The position numbers and the translations under genes were made by a program. The notes beneath the pieces are model-generated. The model was not told where the DNA came from. It was given only the letters and a program-made list of their open reading frames with translations, and did not search any database. Positions 1 to 9,806 of a DNA stretch of 64,000 nt are shown here, in pieces. Source of the stretch: Candidatus Multivorans sp. (lineage in GTDB: Bacteria > Acidobacteriota > Thermoanaerobaculia > Multivoradales > Multivoraceae); contig OZ245033.1 of assembly GCA_965224025.1 (NCBI GenBank), forward strand, positions 384,001 through 448,000, read 5' to 3'. Numbering within the stretch: the first letter of the stretch is position 1; each line of letters starts with the position of its first letter.

Positions 1-917
1 CCCGCGGCAACAACGGTGAGAACATCTACGAGCAGTTCCTCTTCAACCGTGCGACGGGGTTTTACGACCGCTTTCAGCGCCGTGTCGAGCCGTCCCCCAG
101 TGACGCTATCGCGGGCATCGAGCCCCACTACAAAGACGAGGCCTCGTTGGGCTTCGACTGGCAGTTCGCCGATAACTGGATCTTCACCTCGCGCTTCACC
201 GTAAGCGAGATTGACAACATCTTCAGCGCCAGCCTTCAGTACGACGAGGCCGGCGCCGTCGTCCGCGATCTGCGCAACTGGCCCAACAACACACGTGAGC
301 ATCAGGGTCTCACGATGGCGGTCAACCGAGCGTTTCGTAACAACTGGTCGGTGAACGCCAACGTGAGTTTTCTCCCCACCAACGGCACCATCGATTCCAT
401 CACAGACAATTCCGATCACAATGAAGCCATGGGTGGCTGCACGCTGCCGGGAGGAGGTGGCCTTTGCAACATCACCAGCACATCCTCTTGGGACGGAGCG
501 CTCGCGGTGGACAGGGACTACTTGGTCAACCTAGTCGGCATGAAGCGTTGGGTGTTGGGCAAGGGTGACGTCATGACCAGTGCCTTCTTCCACTATTCCG
601 CCGGTGAAGCCTGGGGATTGGGGCCCAGCGCGAATGTCTTTCACCCGGTCTCCGGACAGAGAATCCGTACTACGGGTCGCACCGAACCGAGGGACGCCAA
701 TACCCTCGAGGACTACTACACCCTCAGCTTGAATGCGACCTACCAGTTCCCGATCGGCGGCGGTAGGTTTCAGGGCATTATCGGCGCTGAGGCCTCCAAC
801 GTCACCGACGAGTCGCACCAGGTCCGCGTCAACACACGGAACGGCAACCTGACCACTGGGGTCGATGCTTTCACTCTTCCGCGGGAGTTCCGCCTCAAGC
901 TCGGTTTCAGATTCTAA
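1..917 (+). CDS. TonB-dependent receptor, C-terminal part (5' end outside window)
   Basis: Alternating beta-strand pattern, C-terminal PREFRLKLGFRF ending in an aromatic residue; frame open from the window start. Confidence 0.75.
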   Translation, partial: RGNNGENIYEQFLFNRATGFYDRFQRRVEPSPSDAIAGIEPHYKDEASLGFDWQFADNWIFTSRFTVSEIDNIFSASLQYDEAGAVVRDLRNWPNNTREHQGLTMAVNRAFRNNWSVNANVSFLPTNGTIDSITDNSDHNEAMGGCTLPGGGGLCNITSTSSWDGALAVDRDYLVNLVGMKRWVLGKGDVMTSAFFHYSAGEAWGLGPSANVFHPVSGQRIRTTGRTEPRDANTLEDYYTLSLNATYQFPIGGGRFQGIIGAEASNVTDESHQVRVNTRNGNLTTGVDAFTLPREFRLKLGFRF

Positions 918-954
918 CCACGCCCGGCGCGACGCTCGTGCGATCAGAATCGCC

Positions 955-2559
955 ATGAAAGAGAACTCGACCCGCTCGGGTATCAACCTGTCACCCGTCT
1001 ACGGGCCCTCCGATTCCAACGGGGACTACAGCAAGCGCTTCGGCAATCCGGGCGAGTACCCGTTTACCCGCGGAACCCGAGCCTATTCCGGGCGGGGCTG
1101 GATTCAGCGCGAGTTGTCAGGCGAGGGCGATCCCAAACGCTCGAACGAGCAGTTCAAGTACCTGATGACTCTCGGCCAGACCGGTCTCGATGTGATCGGT
1201 GACAGTCCCACCATGTCGCTGATGGATCCCGATCATCCACTCGCGCGATATACCGTTGGCACGCAGGGCGTCTCGCTCTGTCGTCATGATGATTACCGCG
1301 AATTGCTCGACGATATCCCGCTCGACCAGATGTCGATGTCGAGTTCCGGTCCGTCGATGTTCACGGTGGCGAGCCTCTATCTGCTCGCGAAGGAACGCGG
1401 TGTCTCGCCAGGCGTGCTCCGCGGCTCCGTGATCGAGTGGCCGTTCTATTCCGAACATTGCTCCTATGCGTACAAGATGCCCTTCGATCTCCACCTGCGG
1501 ATGTCCTGCGACGTCATCGAGTTCTGCAGCAACGAGATGCCGAGATTTCACGGCTATCTCGAAGACACTTATTTCTTCAGTGAAGCGGGCCTGAACGCAG
1601 TCGAGGAGGCGGCCCTCGGCTTTGTCGAAATCCGCCACATCGTGCGCACGCTTCTCGCACGCGGTCTCGACGTCGACAGCTTCGCCCCGCGCATCGCCAT
1701 CCTCACGAATTGCTCGATGGACTTCTACGAGGAGATCGCGAAAATCCGCGCCATGCGTCGCATCTTCGCGCGCATGATGAAAGACGAATTCGGCGCCAGG
1801 GACCCGCGCTCGCAGGCGGTCAACATCGCAGTGCACACCTCGGGACTTTCGCTGACGACCGAGCAGCCGGCCAATAACATCGTGCGTGGCGCGGTGCAGA
1901 CGGTCGCACTCGGATTGGCCGGGGTCAGCGCGCTCGAGATCTCGACCTTTGATGAGGGCTACCGAACCCCCAGCAAGGAGGCGCATCTAGTCGGGCTGCG
2001 CACGCAGCAGGTGATTGACCTCGAGACGAATATCAACAGCGTGCAGGATCCCTTCGGGGGATCGTGGTTCATGGAGTCGCTCACCGATGAGGTCGAGGCC
2101 AGGATTCTGGATATGGTCAACGACATCGAGTCGCGCGGAGATCCGGCCGAGCTGGTCAGCAGTGGTTACTTCAAACAGTTCTTCCACGGCACGATGGGCC
2201 GCTACCACCACCAGGTGCGCGACGGGGAAGTGTTGAAGGTCGGAATGAACGTGCACCAGATGCCCGCGGAGCAGGACACGCTGCTGCGCGATATCAGCGA
2301 AGAGAAGATCGAACCGCTGTTCGATCGAGTCAAGGAGATAGCGGCTTACCGCGACAAGCGCGATCAGAAACCGTTGCTGGACTCCTTTCAGCGATTGCAC
2401 GACGTCGTGCAGACCGACGAGAACATGCTTGAAGCGGTGCTCGAATGCACGCTGGCCGGGGCAACCATGGGTGAGATTGCCGGCATTCTCCGTCAGGCCT
2501 GGGGCACCCCCTACGACCCCTACGGTCATCTCGAGTCGCCCATCGGAAGTGCGCAATGA
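955..2559 (+). CDS. Methylmalonyl-CoA mutase family large (substrate-binding) subunit, divergent active site
   Basis: PGEYPFTRG, FAPRI, EEIAKIRAMRR, HTSGLSLT, NNIVR, DPFGGSWFMESLT and ATMGEI motifs; ATG at 955. Confidence 0.9.
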   Translation: MKENSTRSGINLSPVYGPSDSNGDYSKRFGNPGEYPFTRGTRAYSGRGWIQRELSGEGDPKRSNEQFKYLMTLGQTGLDVIGDSPTMSLMDPDHPLARYTVGTQGVSLCRHDDYRELLDDIPLDQMSMSSSGPSMFTVASLYLLAKERGVSPGVLRGSVIEWPFYSEHCSYAYKMPFDLHLRMSCDVIEFCSNEMPRFHGYLEDTYFFSEAGLNAVEEAALGFVEIRHIVRTLLARGLDVDSFAPRIAILTNCSMDFYEEIAKIRAMRRIFARMMKDEFGARDPRSQAVNIAVHTSGLSLTTEQPANNIVRGAVQTVALGLAGVSALEISTFDEGYRTPSKEAHLVGLRTQQVIDLETNINSVQDPFGGSWFMESLTDEVEARILDMVNDIESRGDPAELVSSGYFKQFFHGTMGRYHHQVRDGEVLKVGMNVHQMPAEQDTLLRDISEEKIEPLFDRVKEIAAYRDKRDQKPLLDSFQRLHDVVQTDENMLEAVLECTLAGATMGEIAGILRQAWGTPYDPYGHLESPIGSAQ

Positions 2560-2960
2560 GTCCGATTCGCGTGCTGGTCGGCGTGCTGGGCATGGACCAG
2601 CACGAACTGGGCGCAGTCGGCATCGCCAGGATGCTTCGCGACCAGGGTATGGAGGTGATCTATACCGGTTGTTTCAATACCCCGGAGACCATCGTGCAGA
2701 CTGCCATTGAAGAGGACGCGGATGTCATCGGCATCAGCTCTCATTCCTGGGAGTATCTGTACTACACACCCGAACTACTCGAGCTGCTGAAACAGAACGA
2801 CCTCGATGTGCCCGTGGTCCTCGGTGGTTCGGTCATTACCGAGGAGGACGCCGAGAAGATGCTTGACAAGGGTGTCGCGGCGGTATTCGGATCCGGTAGC
2901 GTAGTGACCGACATGATCGATACCGTCAGAAATCTGGCGGCCAGTGCCGCGACATCCTGA
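2556..2960 (+). CDS. Cobalamin-binding small subunit of acyl-CoA mutase
   Basis: DQHELG (DxHxxG), EVIYTG, EEDADVIGIS, LGG motifs; ATGA overlap with the upstream gene. Confidence 0.92.
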   Translation: MSPIRVLVGVLGMDQHELGAVGIARMLRDQGMEVIYTGCFNTPETIVQTAIEEDADVIGISSHSWEYLYYTPELLELLKQNDLDVPVVLGGSVITEEDAEKMLDKGVAAVFGSGSVVTDMIDTVRNLAASAATS

Positions 2961-3915
2961 GCCCACAGTCGACGAGTTGGTTGCCGGCACGATTCGCGGC
3001 GACCTTCGGTCGGCGTCGCGGCTCATCCGGATTATTGACGACGGCGGCGCGCTCGCGTGGGACGCGCTGAAGCGACTGTTCCCGCACTCCGGGTCGGCGC
3101 TCGTCCTTGGTATCACCGGTCCTCCCGGCGCAGGGAAAAGCACTCTTGCTGATTGCCTGATCCAAAGTGCGCGGCAGTCCGGGAAGACCGTCGGCGTGCT
3201 CGCTGTCGATCCCAGCAGCCCCATTTCTGGCGGCGCGATTCTGGGCGATCGCATTCGCATGAATCGCTTCGCGCTCGATCAGGAAGTATTCATCCGTTCG
3301 CTCGCCAGCCGGGGTCATTTTGGCGGGATCACACCGGCTACTCGCGGTGCCATACGCGTCATGGATGCGATGGGGAAAGATTTAGTTCTGGTCGAGACAG
3401 TCGGCGTCGGGCAAGACGAGGTCGACATCGCCCGCCTTGCGCACACGACGCTCGTCGTCACAGTTCCGGGGCTCGGCGACGAGATCCAGGCAATGAAGGC
3501 CGGCATCCTCGAAGTCGGCGACGTCTTTATCGTGAACAAGGCGGACCGTCCAGACGCGGACAAGACGGTCGCCTATCTCGAGAACGTCTTCCGTCGGATC
3601 CCGGCAGGTCATTGGCGCCCCCCGGTGATCGAGGCCCAGGCGTTGCACAACAAGGGCATCGAGGACATCTGGCAGGCGATCGTTCAACATCAGAACCACC
3701 GCGAGGAAGCCGGCCCGGAACAGCGCGCGCGCGAGCGCGCCAACTGCGAGGTTGAGTTAAGGGCCTTTCTTCAACAAGGGCTTCAGCGCGAACTGGCAAG
3801 ACAACTCGACAACGAGCCCGAGATCCAGAAGTCGGTGCAGAGCATCCTCGATGGACAGGCCGACATCTATGCGGCCACGGACGACATCCTCGGCAAACTC
3901 GGGTTGTTACCTTGA
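2944..3915 (+). CDS. meaB: MeaB/ArgK GTPase metallochaperone of B12 mutases
   Basis: GPPGAGKST, AVDPSSPISGGAILGDRIRM, ETVGVGQDE, NKAD. Confidence 0.92.
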   Translation: MPRHPEPTVDELVAGTIRGDLRSASRLIRIIDDGGALAWDALKRLFPHSGSALVLGITGPPGAGKSTLADCLIQSARQSGKTVGVLAVDPSSPISGGAILGDRIRMNRFALDQEVFIRSLASRGHFGGITPATRGAIRVMDAMGKDLVLVETVGVGQDEVDIARLAHTTLVVTVPGLGDEIQAMKAGILEVGDVFIVNKADRPDADKTVAYLENVFRRIPAGHWRPPVIEAQALHNKGIEDIWQAIVQHQNHREEAGPEQRARERANCEVELRAFLQQGLQRELARQLDNEPEIQKSVQSILDGQADIYAATDDILGKLGLLP

Positions 3916-4941
3916 TGCCGCCAACGCCGCCTCTTCTGCGCGCGCCCCGGCGAGGATCCCCTCCAGGCCGTAGTTGCCCTCGTGACAGGCGAACTCGAAG
4001 AGATCGTCGGGCGACTTCTTGAGCGGGATCATCACGGTCCACGGCTCCGTCCAGGTCTTTGGATCGTCGAGCGTGACCACGTACTCCAGGGTCTCGGGCC
4101 CCACCCGAGTCAGCCGTTCCACAAGCTGCAAGTTGCCGGTCGCTCCCCGGTAGCCACCGGCGTCCGAGAAGTTGCGGGTCTCGATGACCAGAGTCTCACC
4201 TTCCCAGTGACCCCTCGAGTCGCCGTGCCAAAGCCGGACGTCCTCCGGCAGGTGGGGCCTGCCGTCGATCGGGACGACGCGCGCGTCGTGAATCATCTCC
4301 ATGAGCAGGACGACATGGTCCTCGCCCTGAAAAATCTGGGTGTAGCTGTTGTAGGCGGCGCGGAGCCGAGGTACGCCGAAGGAGATGCAGCGCTCGGTGA
4401 GGCTGCGATCCTCCGGACCCGCTGCCGGTTGATTCCTGGCCGCACGGAACCCGGCGGCACGCTTCTCGCCTTCGTCCGTCAGGGCGGGCAGGCGGCCGTT
4501 TGGAGGGTCGACGATCAGCGACGTACGCTTGTCCCAGTCGCGCTCGGCGACCCAGAACTGGTTGTAGTTGCCGGTGGCGGCGTCCGTCGACGTGAACGAC
4601 TCTGTTCCGTTCAGAGCGGCGTTGAAGACGCTGTCGCCAAACGCGGCATCGTCACTATCGAGAGCGAAGAGCGACTCCGCCCTCTGCTGGATCGCGGCCA
4701 GTTCGGCGTCGGTGAGGGTCTCCCGACCAGCCAGGGCCTCGGGCCGCTCGAGCGGAGTAGCGTTGTTGTTGGCCCAGACCCCCTGGAGATCAGGCTGACC
4801 GAAGACGTTGCGCGGCGCCTTCCAGCCGCTGTCGGCGGCCGCCCCGGCTGCGGCGACGGCCGGCACGACCCCTACGATTCCTACGAGAGCCAGGGCGAAC
4901 GGCAGCCGGGTCAGCGGCGTTGCTGCGCAGCGGCAAGTCAT
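3907..4941 (-). CDS. Secreted hypothetical protein (PDLQGVW family)
   Basis: Signal peptide, GQPDLQGVW, GDSRGHWEGETLVIET, FEFACHEGN. Confidence 0.75.
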   Translation of the reverse strand: MTCRCAATPLTRLPFALALVGIVGVVPAVAAAGAAADSGWKAPRNVFGQPDLQGVWANNNATPLERPEALAGRETLTDAELAAIQQRAESLFALDSDDAAFGDSVFNAALNGTESFTSTDAATGNYNQFWVAERDWDKRTSLIVDPPNGRLPALTDEGEKRAAGFRAARNQPAAGPEDRSLTERCISFGVPRLRAAYNSYTQIFQGEDHVVLLMEMIHDARVVPIDGRPHLPEDVRLWHGDSRGHWEGETLVIETRNFSDAGGYRGATGNLQLVERLTRVGPETLEYVVTLDDPKTWTEPWTVMIPLKKSPDDLFEFACHEGNYGLEGILAGARAEEAALAASR

Positions 4942-4966
4942 CGCGATCTCCTTTCACGGAAGTATT

Positions 4967-5890
4967 CTAGTCGGCGATAACGCGCGCCAGAAAGCCGCGG
5001 ATTACCTCGTAGGCCGCCCGCGTCTGCTCGGCGCTGAAACGGCCGTGGCCGCCTCCGGGGATGGTGTGCAGCTTGTTCGCGACTCCGGCTTCCTCGAGCT
5101 TTGCGTGCAGCCGGACGGCGTGGTCGTAAGGCACGTTCGGGTCGGCGTCGCCGTGAATGGTGAGGATCGGCGGCAGGTCGTCGCGCACCATGTTGAGCGG
5201 CGAGAGCTGTTTGCCGAGCTCGCTTCTGTTCGGCAGGCTTCCCATCCACGCCACTGCGTAGGTCCTGGCGTTCTCCCCCTCGACAAGGTCCGGCACGTCG
5301 GTGATGCCGTACCAATTGACGATCGCCGCGACAGGCATCTCCTCCACCACCGCGTCGGCGGAGGTGGGGGAGCGCTGCGGACACCGATTGTCGAAGCCGT
5401 CGCCGGCAGTCAGCATGCCGGTGGTCAGCGATAGATGGCCTCCTGCCGAGTGACCGGTAACGACGAGCCGATCGACGTCGAGGTCGTACTGCTCGGCGTT
5501 ATTGCGGATCCATCGCAGCGCGCAGCGGCAGTCCTCTACCGCACCGGGGGCGAGAGCGACGCGGCCAAGCCGGTACTCGACGTTGACCACGGCCCACCCC
5601 ATGCTGAGATAGGGCATTAGACGCATGAGGTTGCTCTCCTTCGTGCCGCTGACCCAGCCACCGCCGTGGATGTATACCAACGTCGGGGTGAGCGCCGGGT
5701 CTTCTCCCTGAAGCGGCAGGATCAGATCGAGCTTCAACTCGTAGCCGTCGGCAACCAGGTAGGTCTGGTTCGGGATCACTCGGAAGTAACTCTCGGCCTC
5801 CGCCGCCCAGTTGGCGGGAACGCTCGGCTGCGCCGCTGTACCTCCGGCCGCAAGAGCCAAGGCAAGTAGTGGCAAAGAAACGCTTCGCAT
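4967..5890 (-). CDS. Secreted alpha/beta hydrolase (esterase)
   Basis: HGGGW, GHSAGG nucleophile elbow, HGDAD, GGGH; ATG at 5890 followed by a signal peptide. Confidence 0.88.
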   Translation of the reverse strand: MRSVSLPLLALALAAGGTAAQPSVPANWAAEAESYFRVIPNQTYLVADGYELKLDLILPLQGEDPALTPTLVYIHGGGWVSGTKESNLMRLMPYLSMGWAVVNVEYRLGRVALAPGAVEDCRCALRWIRNNAEQYDLDVDRLVVTGHSAGGHLSLTTGMLTAGDGFDNRCPQRSPTSADAVVEEMPVAAIVNWYGITDVPDLVEGENARTYAVAWMGSLPNRSELGKQLSPLNMVRDDLPPILTIHGDADPNVPYDHAVRLHAKLEEAGVANKLHTIPGGGHGRFSAEQTRAAYEVIRGFLARVIAD

Positions 5891-6089
5891 GGGTCCTCCC
5901 TTCGCTGCTGCGGCAGCGGTTCTCGATCGTGCTTTCGACGAGAATGCGTAGCCTATACGTCTCAGGGTCAGCCTACGGCCGACGTAAGGCCGTAGCCAGC
6001 CAATATCGTGCGCGGAGTTCCAGCCCGACTTCGCCAAGCTAGCCGAGGAGTCACCATGGCGAGTGTAGAGTTCATCGCTGGAGGTTGAC

Positions 6090-7793
6090 ATGAAGTGTCG
6101 CGCATTAGTCACAGCCTACATATGCGCCGCCTTCGCCATGGCGACGGCGAATCTCGCCCAGGCCCAGGGCCGGGACTTCACCCCGGTCACCGATGCGATG
6201 CTCCAGAATCCCGACCCGGCGGACTGGTTGAGCTGGAGGCGCACCCTGAACGCATGGGGGTACAGCCCGCTTGAACAGATCGACCGGAGCAATGTCGATG
6301 AGCTCCGGCTCGCTTGGTCCTGGGGCCTCGAACCCGGAGTGTCGCAGACGACGCCGATCGTGCACGACGACGTCATGTATGTCGCGAACCCAGGCAATGT
6401 GGTCCAGGCGCTCGACGCGCGCACCGGCGACTTCATCTGGGAGTACCGCCGTGAGCTGGACGTGCGACGCCGAAGCGCGGCGCAGACACGCAGCATGGCC
6501 GTCTACCAGGATCTGGTGATCCTGAACACGGTCGATGCGCACATCGTCGGGCTGGATGCCCGGACGGGCGAGGCGCGTTGGGATACGCCGGTCGGGGGCG
6601 ATCAGGAGGGCTTTACCTTTTCGAACGGACCGATCGTCGCCGATGGGACGATCGTCGCCGGGCTGACGGGCTGCGGGCGTTACCGTGACGACACCTGCTA
6701 CGTCGTCGGCGTCGACGGCCGCACCGGCCGGTTGCTCTGGCGAACCTCGACCATCGCCCGGCCCGGCGAGAGCGGCGGCGACACCTGGGGCGATCTGCCG
6801 CTCATGTTTCGCGCGGGGAGCGACGCGTGGATGACCGGGAGCTATGACCCGGTCACCGGGCTCGTCTACTGGGGTACGTCGCAGCCCAAGCCGCACAACC
6901 GGGACGCACGCGGCACCGACGGTGACGCCCTGTACAGCAACTCGACGCTCGCGCTCGACCCTGGGACCGGTGAGATGAGGTGGTACTACCAGCACATCCC
7001 GGGCGATGCGCACGATATGGACGAGTCGTTCGAGCGCATCCTGATCGACTACGACGGCAAGCGTTCGCTGTTCACGATGGGCAAGCTCGGGATTCTCTGG
7101 GAAATCGACCGCGTCACGGGCGAATTCGGGCGCGCGATCGACCTCGGCTATCAGAACATCCTGGATGTCGACTCGCAGACCGGTGAGGTGACTTACCGGG
7201 ACGGGATGCTAACGGATGTCGGCGAGGAGCTCTCCTTCTGCCCCAGTACTGCCGGCTTCAAGAGCCTGCGGGCGATGGCGTATCACCCCGGGACCGAGGC
7301 GTTGTACGTGCCGCTCAATCTCAGCTGTCAGACCGTCACCTTCGGCCCGGTCGAGAAACGCGCCGGGGGCGGCGGTGGCGGCAGCAGGCCCGGAAGGACG
7401 AATCACTTTCATCCGCAGGCGCCGAACCAACTGGGCGAGTTTCGAGCGCTGGACTTGCGGACCGGCGAGACCCTCTGGCGCCATCGCCTCCGGGTGCCCT
7501 ACAACACGGCGGCGCTGACGACCGGCGGGGACCTGGTGTTCATCGGCGACTGGGGCCGGCACGTCTTCGCCTACGACGTGCGGAACGGCGAGCCGCTCTG
7601 GCAGAGCCGTCTCCCGACGATGGCGAACGGATTCCCGATCACTTATGCCGTCGACGGCAAGCAGTTCGTCGCGTTCGTGGCCGGCCCGTCGATCAGCCGC
7701 TCGAGCTGGGCGACAGTTCTCCCGGCCGACCTCATACCTGAAGAGCACAACCCGCGGGGCGGTAGCGGCGTCTTCGTGTTCGCGTTGCCCTAG
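6090..7793 (+). CDS. PQQ-dependent dehydrogenase
   Basis: DWLSWRRT..YSPLEQI, ALDARTG repeats, WYYQH, PITYAVDGKQFV. Confidence 0.88.
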   Translation: MKCRALVTAYICAAFAMATANLAQAQGRDFTPVTDAMLQNPDPADWLSWRRTLNAWGYSPLEQIDRSNVDELRLAWSWGLEPGVSQTTPIVHDDVMYVANPGNVVQALDARTGDFIWEYRRELDVRRRSAAQTRSMAVYQDLVILNTVDAHIVGLDARTGEARWDTPVGGDQEGFTFSNGPIVADGTIVAGLTGCGRYRDDTCYVVGVDGRTGRLLWRTSTIARPGESGGDTWGDLPLMFRAGSDAWMTGSYDPVTGLVYWGTSQPKPHNRDARGTDGDALYSNSTLALDPGTGEMRWYYQHIPGDAHDMDESFERILIDYDGKRSLFTMGKLGILWEIDRVTGEFGRAIDLGYQNILDVDSQTGEVTYRDGMLTDVGEELSFCPSTAGFKSLRAMAYHPGTEALYVPLNLSCQTVTFGPVEKRAGGGGGGSRPGRTNHFHPQAPNQLGEFRALDLRTGETLWRHRLRVPYNTAALTTGGDLVFIGDWGRHVFAYDVRNGEPLWQSRLPTMANGFPITYAVDGKQFVAFVAGPSISRSSWATVLPADLIPEEHNPRGGSGVFVFALP

Positions 7794-7814
7794 GTCTGAG
7801 GCGAGGAGAGCGCC

Positions 7815-9724
7815 ATGCCGAGACTCCTGCGTCCTTCGTTGATGATGGCTGTGATCCTGACGCCCGCGGCTGGATGGGCCCAGCCAGGCGGTTCATTGTT
7901 CGAGCAGCACTGCGCGCCCTGTCATGGAAACCCGGAGCCCGGCTCCCGAGCCCCGGATCGGGAGGCGCTGCGGCAGTTCACGCCGGAGCGGGTGCTCGAG
8001 TCGCTGACGACCGGCGCGATGTCGGTGGAGGTGCCAGGGCTGACCGACGACGAGAGGCGGGAGGTGGCTCAGTGGGCCGCGGGCCGTGCGCTTGGGACGA
8101 CTGGTGGGGATGCCTCCTCGATGCCCAATCAGTGTCCGAGCAAACCGTTCGGCGACCCGTTCGCTGGCGCGGGGTGGAACGGCTGGAGCCCGGACGTTGG
8201 CAACTCGCGCTTCCAGCCGGCCGCGGCCGCCGGGTTGACCCCGGACCAGGTCCCGCGCCTGACGTTGAAGTGGGCGTTCGGATACCCGGGCGGGGTCAGA
8301 GCCGCCGCTGGTTCGCCGACGGTCGTGGGGGGAAGGCTCTACGCGGGATCCGACACGGGCTATGTCTACTCGCTGGATGCGGCGAGCGGCTGTGTCTACT
8401 GGTCCTTCGAGTCGCAATGGGTCGTCCGCTCCTCCGTCACCATCGGACCCGTCACGGGCGCGGGGACGGCGCGCTATGCCGCGTACTTCGGGGACGCCAG
8501 GGCGAACGTGTACGCCGTCAATGCCGAAACCGGTGAGTTGCTGTGGAAGCAACGTGCCGACACCCATCCGATCGCGCGCATCACCGCCGCCCCCATGCTG
8601 CACGCCGGCCGGCTCTACGTGCCCGTTTCCTCACTGGAAGAACTGGCAGGCCGCCACCTCTGGTACGAGTGCTGCACGTTCCGGGGCAGCGTGGTGGCGT
8701 ATGACGCGAACACGGGCGAGCAGATCTGGAAGAGCTACGCGATTGCCGAAGAACCCAGGCCCACGACGAAGAACGCGCAGGGCACTCAACAGTGGGCCCC
8801 GGCCGGGGGGGCGGTCTGGGGCGCGCCGGTCATCGATGCTGCTCGAGGGGCCTTGTACATCGGTAGTGGAACGGCTACACCGCGCCCGCGGCCAGTGACA
8901 CCGACGCCGTCATCGCCTTCGATCTCGAGACCGGGAAGCGGCTGTGGCTGAACCAGTTGACGGCCCTGGATGCCTACCTCAGCAGGTGTCCCGGCCGGAT
9001 CGATGTGCAAGGCCGCCCGAGGGATCCCAAGCGAGCGGATCCCCAGCGCATCGCATCCCTCAACTGCCCCGACCCCGAGAAAGTTGCCGAAAACGTCGAT
9101 GTCGATGTTGTGGCGGTCATGCTTCACATGCTGCCGGACGGGCGGACGATTCTCGTCGTCGGGCAGCAGAACGGCCGGGTCTATGCGCTCGACCCTGACC
9201 GCGAGGGGGCGGTGCTGTGGGAACTCTACGCGGGCGCGGACACGGAGAAGCGCGCGAACATCACGTTTGGCGGCGCCACCGACGGGCGGCTGGCCTACTT
9301 CCCCCTCCTATACCAGCCGTCGGAGCACCGCGGAATCGCTGCGCCGTCGCGGTCGAAGGGCGGCCTGGCCGCGATTCGCGTGGAGACGGGCGAGCAGGTG
9401 TGGTACACGCCGACGCCGGCGGCCAACTGTCCCGACCCCTCCCCGCAACGGTGCAGCTCCGGGCAGGACGCGGCGGCGACGGCGATCCCGGGCGTGGTCT
9501 TCGCCGGCGCGATGGACGGCATGCTTCGCGCGTACTCGACCACCGACGGCCGCATCCTCTGGGAGTACGACACGGCCCAGGAGTTCGAGACCGTCAATGA
9601 TGTGCCGGCCAAGGGTGGCATGCTGAACGGCCCGGGGCCAACCGTCGTCGATGGCATGCTGTTCATGGGGTCGGGCTACGCGTCAGGGCCGGGCAACGTG
9701 CTGCTGGCGTTCGGACTCGAATAG
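7815..9724 (+). CDS. Cytochrome c-PQQ dehydrogenase (PVA dehydrogenase-like), frameshifted near 8870
   Basis: CAPCH heme motif, PQQ repeats, YECCTFRGS; adding one base near 8870 restores GSGNGYTAPAASDTDAVIAFDLETG and joins ORF 8957..9724. Confidence 0.82.
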
Positions 9725-9806
9725 GGTGATGCGAGCGAGGCGCCATGCGTTGTGCAACTGATAGTGCACGCCGGAGGCGTAGCGGTGATGGCGTTCAACT
9801 CGTAGG

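Noticed and set aside
5973-5995. 8-bp hairpin CTACGGCC..GGCCGTAG in a divergent promoter region
   Set aside because: Single copy without a U-tract; could be an operator but is unsupported.
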